Of a DNA stretch of 64,000 bases, positions 38,325 to 47,321 are shown piece by piece. Source of the DNA: Solirubrobacterales bacterium (GTDB taxonomy: Bacteria > Actinomycetota > Thermoleophilia > Solirubrobacterales > JBBDJG01); NCBI GenBank assembly GCA_038326655.1, contig JBBQKG010000002.1:31797-95796 (forward strand). Direction: 5' to 3'. A program made the position numbers and the translations under genes. The first letter of the stretch is position 1, and each line of letters opens with the position of its first letter. The notes beneath the pieces are model-generated. The model did not search any database. It was given only the letters and a program-made list of their open reading frames with translations, and was not told the DNA's origin.

Positions 38325-38972
38325 CTAGAGGCCGAGCTCGCGCTTGTAGTGCTTCGCGTAGTCGGAGCGCTTGTCGAAGACGTCCTGCGTGTACTGCTTC
38401 GTCTCCGGAAAGCCGATGTCGGCCACGGTCAGGCCGCTTCCGCCCCACGCGTCCACGCGCGCGTGGCCCGCGTTGTATGCCGCCACGGCGGCGATCTCGT
38501 TGCCGTCGTAACGGTCGATCAGGTAGCGCAGGTACCAGCACCCGTAGGAGATGTTGACCTGTGGGTTTGCGAGGTCGCGCAGCTCGAACTGCGTGCCGCC
38601 GGTCCGCTTCGCGATGAACTGGGCGGTGTCGGGCAGGATCTGCATCAGCCCCTTGGCGCCCGCCTTCGAGGTCTGGTCGCGGAACTTCGATTCCCGGTAG
38701 ATCACCGCCGCGACCAGCGCCGGGTCGAGATCCTTTTCGCTTGCCTGCTGCCGGATGATGTCGTCATGGCGCAGCGGCAGCGTGATCTCGATGATCGCGT
38801 CGTCGACGACGGGCCTGACCACCGTGACGCCGATCGCGGCCAGTGCCAGCACGCCGGCCATCACGAGCAGCATCGTGCGCCTGCGGCGCCTCGTGCGCCG
38901 CCCGCCCGCATCCCGGGCCCTTGAAGCCCTGCCGACGCTGCGCGACCGCGCTGCCACAGCCCGCTGCTTCAT
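38325..38972 (-). CDS. lytic transglycosylase (SLT domain) membrane-anchored protein
   Basis: 215 aa. N-terminal basic region plus a TM helix. SLT motifs IYRESKF...AKGLMQILPDTA...AAYNAG. ATGA-type overlap with coaE. Confidence 0.85.
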   Translation of the reverse strand: MKQRAVAARSRSVGRASRARDAGGRRTRRRRRTMLLVMAGVLALAAIGVTVVRPVVDDAIIEITLPLRHDDIIRQQASEKDLDPALVAAVIYRESKFRDQTSKAGAKGLMQILPDTAQFIAKRTGGTQFELRDLANPQVNISYGCWYLRYLIDRYDGNEIAAVAAYNAGHARVDAWGGSGLTVADIGFPETKQYTQDVFDKRSDYAKHYKRELGL

Positions 38973-39571
38973 GGCTTCCTCGGCGCCTCGCGCTCGAGCC
39001 GGTCGAGCAGCTCGCCGACCGCCCGCTCGAGGTCCGCCAGCGAGCCGTCGTTGTGGATCACGTAGTCGGCGCGCTCCGCCTTCTCGGCCTGGCTGAGCTG
39101 GCGGGCGGCTCTCTCGTCGACCGCTTCGTGGTTCCTCGCGGCGGCGCGCTCGGCGCGCGTCTGCTCGTCCGCGACGACCGCGACGGTCACGTCGAAGGCA
39201 GGCGCGACGCCGGACTCGAACAGCAAAGGCACCTCGACCACCGCGGCGCGGGCGGTCGAGCCCGAGCGCTCCAGCTCACCGCGCCAGTCTGCGATCTCGG
39301 CGCCGACGAGCGGGAACAGCATCTGCTCGAGCCAGCGAAGCTCGTCTGGCTGGTTGAAGGCGGTCTGAGCCACGGCTGCCCTGTCAATGTCGCCGTCCCG
39401 GAGGACGGCTTCGCCCCAACGGGCGACCAGCAAGTCTTTCACCTCCTGCTGCTGGAGCAGGTCGTGCACGATCTCGTCGCTCGACAGCGCGGCCGCGCCG
39501 AGCCGCCGGCAGGCGGCGAGTGCCTCGGACTTGCCGGAGCCGATCCCTCCGGTCAAGCCGATGGAGAGCAA
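38969..39571 (-). CDS. coaE: dephospho-CoA kinase
   Basis: 200 aa. IGLTGGIGSGKSE P-loop. Confidence 0.9.
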   Translation of the reverse strand: MLSIGLTGGIGSGKSEALAACRRLGAAALSSDEIVHDLLQQQEVKDLLVARWGEAVLRDGDIDRAAVAQTAFNQPDELRWLEQMLFPLVGAEIADWRGELERSGSTARAAVVEVPLLFESGVAPAFDVTVAVVADEQTRAERAAARNHEAVDERAARQLSQAEKAERADYVIHNDGSLADLERAVGELLDRLEREAPRKP

Positions 39572-39574
39572 CCG

Positions 39575-41053
39575 CTAGGAGGGGGGTTCGCCCGGCTCGG
39601 GCGCGGGCTCGGCCTGCTCGGGCGGGGCCTCGGACTGCTCCGGCGCGGCCTCGGACTGCTCGGCCTGAGGCTGCTCGGCCTCCGCCTGAGGCTCCTCCGC
39701 CTGAGGCTCCTCCGCCTGAGGCGCCTCGGCCTGCTCGGCTACTTCGGCCTCGACCTGCGGGGCGTCGTCTGTCGCCTGGACCGCTGCTTCAGCCGGCTGC
39801 TCGGCAGGCAGGTCGTCGGTCGAGAAAACCTCTTCGGAAAGGTCGAGGTCGGGCACGTCGCCCACCTCGGCGCCGTCTTCCTCGCCATCCTCGCCCGTGG
39901 ACGGGATCTCGCGCGACGGGAGCACCTGTCCCTCGACGCGCTTCAGGCTCAGCGAGAGCCGGCGGCGCTCGTTGTCGATCTCGAGGATCTTGACCTTCAC
40001 CGTGTCACCGGGGTCGACGATCTCGCGCGGGTTCTCGACGTGGTGCTGGGCCAGCTCGGAGATGTGGACCAGGCCCTCGACGCCCTCCATGATCTCGACG
40101 AACGCGCCGAAGCTGACGACCTTCGTGACCTTGCCCTCGAGCACGTCGCCGACGTTGTAGGTGTTGACGACCCGCTCCCACGGGTCCTCTTGCGTCTGCT
40201 TGAGGCCAAGTGAGATGCGCTGGCGGTCCCGGTCGATGTCGAGCACCTTGACCCGCACGGTGTCGCCGATCGACAGCACCTCGGAGGGATGGTTCACGTG
40301 GCCCCAGGAAAGCTCTGAGATGTGGATCAGGCCGTCGATCCCGTCGAGGTCGACAAACGCGCCGAAGTCGACGATGTTGGAGATCGTGCCCTCGACCACC
40401 TCGCCGCGCTGCAGGCGGTCGAGAATCTGCTGCCGCGCCTCCTTGCGCTCCTCCTCGAGCACGGCGCGCCGCGAGAGCACCACGTTGTTGCGGCTGCGGT
40501 TGAGCTCGATCACCTTCGTCTCGATCTTCTGGCCCAGGTACTCGTCCAGATTCTGGACGCGGCGGATGTCCACGAGCGAAGCGGGCAGGAAGCCACGCAC
40601 GCCGAGGTCGATGATCAGGCCGCCCTTGACGACCTCGATCACGTTCCCCTCGACCGGCTCGCCCGACTCGGCCGCACCCTCGATCTTGCGCCATGCGCGC
40701 TCGAAGCGGGCGCGCTTCTTGGACAGGATCAGCCGGCCGTCCTGGTCCTCCTTGGTGAGGACGAGCGCGTCGACCTCCTCGCCGAGCTGGACCTCCTCGG
40801 CGGGATCGATCGAGCGGCGGATCGAAAGCTCCCCCTGAGGGATCACCCCTTCCGACTTGTAGCCGATGTCGACGAGCACCTCGTCCTTGTCGATCCGGAC
40901 GACTTTGCCCGTGACGACGTCGCCCTCCTCGAATAAGACGAGCGTGGCGTCGTAGTTGGGAACCAGCTGACCGTCGACCTCGATCATGAGGTCTTGGGGA
41001 ACGGCTATGGGCGTGGGTTCCGCTTCCTGGACCGGCGCGTCGACCTGCGGCAC
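39575..41053 (-). CDS. rpsA: 30S ribosomal protein S1 with an acidic repeat-rich C-terminal extension
   Basis: 492 aa. Four S1/OB repeats (GxVxxxxxxGxxVD patterns), then an E/P/Q/A-rich tail. Confidence 0.95.
   Translation of the reverse strand: MPQVDAPVQEAEPTPIAVPQDLMIEVDGQLVPNYDATLVLFEEGDVVTGKVVRIDKDEVLVDIGYKSEGVIPQGELSIRRSIDPAEEVQLGEEVDALVLTKEDQDGRLILSKKRARFERAWRKIEGAAESGEPVEGNVIEVVKGGLIIDLGVRGFLPASLVDIRRVQNLDEYLGQKIETKVIELNRSRNNVVLSRRAVLEEERKEARQQILDRLQRGEVVEGTISNIVDFGAFVDLDGIDGLIHISELSWGHVNHPSEVLSIGDTVRVKVLDIDRDRQRISLGLKQTQEDPWERVVNTYNVGDVLEGKVTKVVSFGAFVEIMEGVEGLVHISELAQHHVENPREIVDPGDTVKVKILEIDNERRRLSLSLKRVEGQVLPSREIPSTGEDGEEDGAEVGDVPDLDLSEEVFSTDDLPAEQPAEAAVQATDDAPQVEAEVAEQAEAPQAEEPQAEEPQAEAEQPQAEQSEAAPEQSEAPPEQAEPAPEPGEPPS
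39679..39723. repeat. 15-bp tandem repeat x3 (cctccgcctgaggct) in the rpsA 3' tail
   Basis: Read directly: units at 39679-39693, 39694-39708 and 39709-39723 (the last has one mismatch). Encodes the repeated (A/P)QAEEPQAEEPQAE segment. Confidence 0.8.
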
Positions 41054-41157
41054 GCCGCGAACTATAGCGGCCTGTCACCGGCCGGCCGGGGGGATGACCG
41101 AAAGGCTGCGCGAGAGTTACGAAAGGCGGCCCAGACCGCTGGTAGCCTGGCCCCACG

Positions 41158-42312
41158 ATGCCGAGACGCCGCACCAAGCGGGGCGCCGAGCGCACATCGC
41201 TCGGTTCCACGCACGACGTCGTGATCTGCGGGGCGAGCTTCGCCGGGCTCGCGGCGGCGCGCGAGCTGGCCGGCGTGGACGCGCGCGTGCTCGTCCTGGA
41301 CCGCTACGAGGTCGGTGAGCGCCAGACCTCCGCCTGTGCCGCACCCACGGGCTGGCTCGAGGCGCTCGGGCTCGAGCCGTCGATCCGGCAGACGTTCGGC
41401 ACGCTCGTCGTCCACACCCCGTACACAACCGTGCGCATGCCGCTGCCCTTCACCTTCTCGACGTTCGACTATCGGGAGCTCTGCTCGCTGCTCGCGGCTC
41501 AGAACGAAGCGCAGTTCGAGACCGCGACGGTTCGCGGCCGCGGCGCGGCCGCCGGTGACGGAGGGATCACGGTGGAGACCGACCGGGGCGCCGTGTCCGC
41601 GCCGCTCGTCGTCGACGCGCTCGGCTGGCGACGGGTGCTGGCCGAGGGCTACCAGCCCCCCGAGGCTCCGCTCTCGCGGGGCCTCGAGGTCCATCCCGAG
41701 GTTCATTCCGGCGACGGTCGGCTCGAGATCTGGATCGACCGGGAGGTCGTGCCCGCCGGCTACGGCTGGAGCTTTCCCGCCGGCGACGAGGTCCGCGTCG
41801 GGGTCGGTTCCTTCGACCCGCGGTTCCACGTGCGCGAGCCGACCGTGGAGCTGGCCGAGCGCCTCGGCTGCGCGGCCGTCCGCTACCAGGGCAACTGGAT
41901 CCCGCACCGCCTTCGCGACGGCACCGAGCAGGGCGTCTTCTTCGTGGGCGACTCGGCCGGCCACTGCCTGCCGCTCACCGCGGAGGGCATCCGCACCGCC
42001 TTCTACTTCGGGATCGCGCTCGGGCGGGAGCTGCGCTCCGTGCTCGAGGGCCGCGCGACGCGCGAAATGGCGCTCCAGCGGTACCACGCCTTCTCGGCCG
42101 GCCACGAGCGGCATTTCCGCTGGCTGCTGCGCACGCAGCGCGCCGTGCCGCAGATCCCGCCGCGCCTCCTGGCAGCGGCGCTGCGGCCGGTCGCGACCCG
42201 CCCGTTCTCTCATTGGGCGTTCGCCCACTACCTCGAGATCGCCCACCCGCGCTTTGCCTCCTTGCCGCCGCCACAGCCGAGCGGGCTGGCCCAAGAGGCG
42301 ATCGCGGCCTGA
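41158..42312 (+). CDS. FAD-dependent oxidoreductase (geranylgeranyl-reductase-like family)
   Basis: 384 aa. N-terminal dinucleotide-binding motif DVVICGASFAGLAAAREL and the later GDSAGHCLPLTAEGI motif. Confidence 0.7.
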   Translation: MPRRRTKRGAERTSLGSTHDVVICGASFAGLAAARELAGVDARVLVLDRYEVGERQTSACAAPTGWLEALGLEPSIRQTFGTLVVHTPYTTVRMPLPFTFSTFDYRELCSLLAAQNEAQFETATVRGRGAAAGDGGITVETDRGAVSAPLVVDALGWRRVLAEGYQPPEAPLSRGLEVHPEVHSGDGRLEIWIDREVVPAGYGWSFPAGDEVRVGVGSFDPRFHVREPTVELAERLGCAAVRYQGNWIPHRLRDGTEQGVFFVGDSAGHCLPLTAEGIRTAFYFGIALGRELRSVLEGRATREMALQRYHAFSAGHERHFRWLLRTQRAVPQIPPRLLAAALRPVATRPFSHWAFAHYLEIAHPRFASLPPPQPSGLAQEAIAA

Positions 42313-42406
42313 GCAAACCGGGAGGTTTGCGGCTGAGCCCTCCGGGCATCTTCCCCATGACGGTTACGGCGCCGGCCGTGACCTCGACGAAAGGGATCGA
42401 TCAGAT

Positions 42407-42595
42407 ATGAGCATCCTCGACAAGATCACAGGCAGAGCCAAGAAGGCCGCGGGAGACCTGGCGGATGACCCGTCGCTGCGGCGCCAGGGTCGCCGCGAGG
42501 AGGCGAAGGGCGAGGCCAAGGACCAGCTCCAGAACGCTCAGGACCGAACCGCGGAGAAGGCCCAGGAAGTCTCCGACCTCGAGCGAAAGACCTGA
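42407..42595 (+). CDS. CsbD-family general stress protein
   Basis: 62 aa (MSILDKITGRAKKAAGDLADDPSLRRQGRREEAKGEAKDQLQNAQD...) with an AAGGGA RBS. It is embedded in a long shadow ORF, which is otherwise rejected. Confidence 0.75.
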   Translation: MSILDKITGRAKKAAGDLADDPSLRRQGRREEAKGEAKDQLQNAQDRTAEKAQEVSDLERKT

Positions 42596-42602
42596 AAACG
42601 CC

Positions 42603-42631
42603 GGGCGCCGAAAGGCGCCCGCATCTTTTCC
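42603..42631 (+). terminator. rho-independent terminator after csbD
   Basis: gggcgcc-gaaa-ggcgccc perfect 7-bp stem with a GAAA tetraloop, followed by gcatcttttcc. Confidence 0.7.
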
Positions 42632-42666
42632 GATAAGGCGTCGGTCTCCAGGCCGTCAGACGGCAT

Positions 42667-43110
42667 TCAAGTTTTCACGACCAGCGCCATGCCTCCGAAG
42701 AGCAGCACGACGCCGATCATGCGCGTGGCCGTGATCGGCGTCTTCTCGAGGCCGAGCACGCCGAGCCGGTCGATCACCATCGCCGTGGTGAGCTGACCCG
42801 CGACCGTCGCCGCGGTGACGCCGCCCGCCCCGAGCGTGCGGACCGTGAGCAGGACGGTGGTCACGTATGCAGCTCCGAGCAGGCCGCCCAGCAGGTAGAG
42901 CGGCCGCACGTGGACGGCGCCGGTGAGCTCGCTCAGGTGACCGGTCACGAGGACGATCGCAAGCAGCACGACGGTTCCGACCGCGAATGAGATCAGGGCC
43001 GCCGGGAACGTCCCGGTGGCCTTGCCGAGATGGGAGTTGATCGGCGCCTGGAGCGCGATCAGCCCGCCCACGCACGCGGTCGCGAGGGCCGCCGCCCACT
43101 GGGGGCTCAC
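42667..43110 (-). CDS. DMT-superfamily small membrane transporter (DUF606 / YdcZ-like)
   Basis: 147 aa with 5 hydrophobic helices. N-terminal pattern ...GGLIALQAPINSHLG... is typical of DUF606. Confidence 0.65.
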   Translation of the reverse strand: MSPQWAAALATACVGGLIALQAPINSHLGKATGTFPAALISFAVGTVVLLAIVLVTGHLSELTGAVHVRPLYLLGGLLGAAYVTTVLLTVRTLGAGGVTAATVAGQLTTAMVIDRLGVLGLEKTPITATRMIGVVLLFGGMALVVKT

Positions 43111-45692
43111 TTCGCCTCCAGCCAGTTGTCCCCCACGCCGACGTCCACCCTCAGCGGCGGGTCGAGCGTCGCCGCGCCCTCCATCTCCTCCCTGACGAGC
43201 GTTGCGGCCGCTTCGACCTCTTTTTCGGGCCCCTCGAAGAGCAGCTCGTCGTGGATCGTGAGCACGAGGCGGGTGCGCATGCCCCGCTCGCCCAGGCGGC
43301 CGTCACACCGCACCATCGCGATCTTGATGATGTCGGCGGCCGTGCCCTGGATCACCGTGTTCACGGCCAGCCTCTCTCCCAGCGAACGCGTCTGGTACTT
43401 ACGCGAGCGCAGCTCGGGGATGTCCCGCCGCCGCCCGAAGAGCGTGGTCACATAGCCCCGCTCGCTCGCCTCGGCAATCGTGCGGCCGATGAACGCGCGC
43501 ACCGCCGGAAAGCGCGCGAGGTAGCGCTCGATGTACTCGGCGGCCTCGTCGTGGGGGATTTGCAACTGCTCCGAGAGCCCGTGCGCGCTGAGGCCGTAGA
43601 CGATCCCGAAGTTGACCGCCTTTGCGCGCGAGCGCTCCCCCGGCCCGATCTCCCCGGGCGCGAGCTTCAGCACCTCGGCGGCGGTCGCGGCATGGACGTC
43701 CTCGCCCCGCTCGAAGATCTGCTTCAGGACGTCTTCGCCCGCGACGTGGGCGAGGATCCGCAGCTCGACCTGCGAGTAGTCGGCGGAGATCAGCCTCGAG
43801 CCCTCGGCGGCCACGAAACAGCTGCGGATCTTGCGGCCGAGCTCGGTGCGGATCGGGATGTTCTGCAGGTTCGGGTTCGTGCTCGACAGCCGCCCGGTGG
43901 TGGTCGCGGCCTGGTTGAACGTGGTGTGAAGCCGGCCCGTCTCGGGCGAGATCAGCCCCGGCAGCGCGTCGAAGTAGGTGCTCTTGAGCTTCGATAGCTC
44001 CCGCCAGGCCTCGACCTTCGCGACGATCTCGTGCTCGTCGCGGATCGCCGCGAGCACGCGGGCATCGGTCGAGAAGCCGGTCTTCCCGCGGCGCTTGCGG
44101 CTCAGCCCGAGCTGCTCGAACAGGACGCGGCTCAGTTGCTGGGGTGAGCCGATCGTGAACTCCTCGCCCGCGAGCTCGCAGATCTCGCGCTCGAGCTGCG
44201 CGACCTCGTCGGTGACGCTGGCAGCGAGCTCGCCGAGGCGCTCGGTGTCGAGCTTCACCCCCTGCCGCTCCATCCGGCACAGAACCTCGACAAGCGGCAG
44301 CTCGACCTCGTCGAAGAGGCGCCGCAGGTCGAGCCGGTCCAGCTCCGGCTGCTGGGCATCGGCCAGCGCGCGCACGCCGACGGCGTCCCTTGCCGTGCCG
44401 TTCGCGCCCTCGACGACCGCCTCGATGCCCTGCTGCTCGAGCAGCTCCTCGAGCGGATACTGCCGCCGGGCGGCGTCGATCAGGTACGCGGCGATCATCG
44501 TGTCGTGGCCGAGTACCTCGGGCACCAGGCCCTCGTCGTCCAGGGACGGGGCGAGCGCGCGGCTGATCGACTTCCAGTCGTGGGCCACGAGCGGGCGGGT
44601 GCCCCATGCCAGGAGCAGCGCCGCGAGGCTCTCCGCGACGCCCACGAGCACCTCGTCCCCGGCGTAGGCCGCCCACTGGACCGTGCCGTCCTCGCGGGTC
44701 GCCGCGAGCGACGCCGGGCCGGCCGGCAACGTCGCGAGGTCGCCGACCGACGACTCGCGTGCGTGCGCCTCGTGGCGCTGCTCGCCGCGGGGGGGCGGAG
44801 CCGCCTCCTGCTCGCCCAGTGCCTCCTCGAGACGGTGAAGGGGGTCGCGCAGCTCGAACCGCATGAACATCTCGCGCAAGCGCGAGCGGTCGGCCGGCGC
44901 ACCCGCGACCTCGGCCACGTCGATGCCGGTCTCGATGTCGCGCTGGAGGGTGGCCAGTTCCTTCGAGATCCGGGCGAGGTCGGCATGCTCGCGGAGGTTC
45001 TGCTGGCGCTTCGCGCCGGAGATCTCGTCCACGTGCGCGAGCACCTCCTCCAGCGACCCGTACTGCTGCAGCAGCTGCGCGGCGGTCTTGTCGCCGATCC
45101 CGGGAACGCCCGGGATGTTGTCGGAGGTGTCGCCCTTGAGCCCGATGAAGTCGGGGATCAGCTCGGGCGCCACCCCGTAGCGCTCGATCACCCCGTCGCG
45201 GTCGTACACGCGCGTGTCGGTGATGCCGCGGGAGGTGGTCATGATCTTTATGCGGCCTTCGTCGGCGAGTTGATAAGCGTCCCGGTCGCCGGTCACCACG
45301 ACCACGTCGATGTCCTGGCGCGCGGCCTGCTCGGCGAGGCTTGCGATCACGTCGTCGGCCTCGTAGCCCTCGACGCGCGAGTTGCTGTAGCCGAACGACT
45401 CCACCAGCGGCTCGAGGTGCGGCCACTGCTCGCGCAGGAGGTCCGGGCGCGGCTTCCGCTGGGCCTTGTAGGGCTCGTAGCGCACCTCGCGGCCCGACAT
45501 GCCGGCGTCCCACACGACTATCGTTGCCTTCGGCCCGTACTCCGTGAGGATCTTCACGAGCATGCTCGCGAAGCCGAAGATCGCATTCGTGGGCTCGCCG
45601 CGGGAGGTCGCGATCGAGTCGGGCAACGCGTAGTAGGCGCGGTACGCCAGGCTGTTGCCGTCGATCAGGAAAAGCTCTTGCCGGGGGGGCAC
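43107..45692 (-). CDS. polA: DNA polymerase I
   Basis: 861 aa. 5'-nuclease domain (LIDGNSLAYRAYYAL, VVTGDRDAYQL), polymerase motif A DYSQVELRILAH, motif B RSRAKAVNFGIVYG, motif C LTIHDELLFE. I could not see classic ExoI/II/III acidic motifs in the central domain. Confidence 0.95.
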   Translation of the reverse strand: MPPRQELFLIDGNSLAYRAYYALPDSIATSRGEPTNAIFGFASMLVKILTEYGPKATIVVWDAGMSGREVRYEPYKAQRKPRPDLLREQWPHLEPLVESFGYSNSRVEGYEADDVIASLAEQAARQDIDVVVVTGDRDAYQLADEGRIKIMTTSRGITDTRVYDRDGVIERYGVAPELIPDFIGLKGDTSDNIPGVPGIGDKTAAQLLQQYGSLEEVLAHVDEISGAKRQQNLREHADLARISKELATLQRDIETGIDVAEVAGAPADRSRLREMFMRFELRDPLHRLEEALGEQEAAPPPRGEQRHEAHARESSVGDLATLPAGPASLAATREDGTVQWAAYAGDEVLVGVAESLAALLLAWGTRPLVAHDWKSISRALAPSLDDEGLVPEVLGHDTMIAAYLIDAARRQYPLEELLEQQGIEAVVEGANGTARDAVGVRALADAQQPELDRLDLRRLFDEVELPLVEVLCRMERQGVKLDTERLGELAASVTDEVAQLEREICELAGEEFTIGSPQQLSRVLFEQLGLSRKRRGKTGFSTDARVLAAIRDEHEIVAKVEAWRELSKLKSTYFDALPGLISPETGRLHTTFNQAATTTGRLSSTNPNLQNIPIRTELGRKIRSCFVAAEGSRLISADYSQVELRILAHVAGEDVLKQIFERGEDVHAATAAEVLKLAPGEIGPGERSRAKAVNFGIVYGLSAHGLSEQLQIPHDEAAEYIERYLARFPAVRAFIGRTIAEASERGYVTTLFGRRRDIPELRSRKYQTRSLGERLAVNTVIQGTAADIIKIAMVRCDGRLGERGMRTRLVLTIHDELLFEGPEKEVEAAATLVREEMEGAATLDPPLRVDVGVGDNWLEAK

Positions 45693-45843
45693 GGAGGCAT
45701 CATAGGTACGGGCCTCGCGGCCGTTTCAGGCGGAAGCTCCAGGCGCGAGCTGCAGGCGGAAGGCAGGAACGCGCGCCGAACCTTCGGAAGTATGATTCGC
45801 CGTGGCCTACAGATGCAGGCCTTTTCCTAACCGAGCAGGGGTC

Positions 45844-47316
45844 ATGCCAGTCACTCCGAGTGCGTCGTTCAGCCTTACCCTCAGGATCCGCTTCGAGAAC
45901 GAAGCGGGTGTGCTCGGCGAGGTGACATCGGCGATCGGGAGCGCGGGCGGGTCGATCGGCGCGGTCGACATCGTCCAATCGCACGACCTGATGGTCGTGC
46001 GCGACATCGCCGTCGATGCGCGCAGCACCACGCACTGGGACCGGATCATCGAGGCCGTCAACGAGGTCGCGGGGGTCGAGCTCATCGACTGGACGGACCG
46101 CACCTTCAAGATGCACGAAGGCGGGAAGATCGCCCAACTCAACAAGCACCCTCTGACCTCTCGCGACGATCTCTCGATGGCGTACACGCCCGGCGTCGCC
46201 CGCGTGTGCCAGGCGATCCACGAAGACCCCGAGCTGGCCTTCCGGTACACGATCAAGCGCAACCACGTGGCGGTCGTGACGGACGGCTCCGCGGTGCTGG
46301 GGCTGGGCGACATCGGTCCGCTCGCCGCGATGCCGGTGATGGAGGGCAAGGCGATGCTCCTGAAGGAGTTCGCGAACGTCGACGCGTTCCCGATCTGCCT
46401 CGACACCAAGGACCCGGACGAGATCGTCGCCACGGTGAAGGCGATCGCGCCGGGATTCGGCGGCATCAACCTGGAGGACATCTCCTCCCCGCGCTGCTTC
46501 GAGATCGAGGAGCGCCTGAAGGAGGAGCTCGACATCCCGGTCTTCCACGACGACCAGCACGGCACCGCGGTGGTCGTGATGGCGGCGCTCTTCAACGGCT
46601 TGAAGGTGACCGGCAAGCGCCTCGAGGACCTCCGCATCGGAATGGTCGGCCTGGGCGCGGCGGGGATCGCCGTGACGCGGATGCTGCTGCAGGTCGGAGT
46701 CGCGGACATCGTGGGCTGCGACACGAATGGCACGATCTATGTCGGGCGCGAGGATTGGGACCAGATGCACCCGCTCAAGCGGTGGTATGCCGCGAGCACG
46801 AACCGTGACCGCCGCGCCGGCGGCCCGGCGGACGTGCTGGAGGGCGCAGACGTGTTCATCGGGCTCTCCGGGCCCGGTGTGATCGAGGCGGCCGACCTCG
46901 ACCGCATGAACGACGACGCGATGGTGTTCGCGATGGCCAACCCCGACCCGGAGGTGGCTCCCGAAGAAGCCGCCGAGCATGTCCGCATCGTGGCCACAGG
47001 GCGCTCCGACTACCCGAACCAGATCAACAACGTGCTGTGCTTCCCCGGGCTCTTCCGGGGCCTCCTCGACGCCCGCGCCATGCGCGTGACCGAGGAGATG
47101 AAGCTCGCTGCCGCGCACGGGATCGCGGACGTGATCCCGGAAGGCGAGCTGACGGAGGAATACATCATCCCCAGCGTCTTCGACCGGCGCGTGGTCGAGG
47201 CGGTCGCGGCCGCGGTCGCCGGCGAGGCGCAGCGGGCCGGCATCGCGCGCGTCGAGACGCCGGGCGAGATCGATGCCCGCGCCGCATTCGGCATCCGCAC
47301 GCCCGCCGGCACTTAG
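45844..47316 (+). CDS. NAD(P)-dependent malic enzyme with an N-terminal ACT domain
   Basis: ACT-like N-terminus (FSLTLRIRFENEAGVLGEVTSAIGSAGGSIGAVDIV), then malic-enzyme motifs YTPGVA, GLGDIGP, VFHDDQHGTA and GLGAAGIA. ATG 45844 is preferred; the track ORF starts at 45802. Confidence 0.85.
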   Translation: MPVTPSASFSLTLRIRFENEAGVLGEVTSAIGSAGGSIGAVDIVQSHDLMVVRDIAVDARSTTHWDRIIEAVNEVAGVELIDWTDRTFKMHEGGKIAQLNKHPLTSRDDLSMAYTPGVARVCQAIHEDPELAFRYTIKRNHVAVVTDGSAVLGLGDIGPLAAMPVMEGKAMLLKEFANVDAFPICLDTKDPDEIVATVKAIAPGFGGINLEDISSPRCFEIEERLKEELDIPVFHDDQHGTAVVVMAALFNGLKVTGKRLEDLRIGMVGLGAAGIAVTRMLLQVGVADIVGCDTNGTIYVGREDWDQMHPLKRWYAASTNRDRRAGGPADVLEGADVFIGLSGPGVIEAADLDRMNDDAMVFAMANPDPEVAPEEAAEHVRIVATGRSDYPNQINNVLCFPGLFRGLLDARAMRVTEEMKLAAAHGIADVIPEGELTEEYIIPSVFDRRVVEAVAAAVAGEAQRAGIARVETPGEIDARAAFGIRTPAGT

Positions 47317-47321
47317 GACGC

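Noticed and set aside
43107-45692. Missing 3'-5' exonuclease motifs in PolA as a novelty
   Set aside because: The central domain seems to lack the DxE/ExoII/ExoIII acidic residues. Proofreading-deficient Pol I is already well known in actinobacterial and Thermus enzymes, so this is not a new observation.
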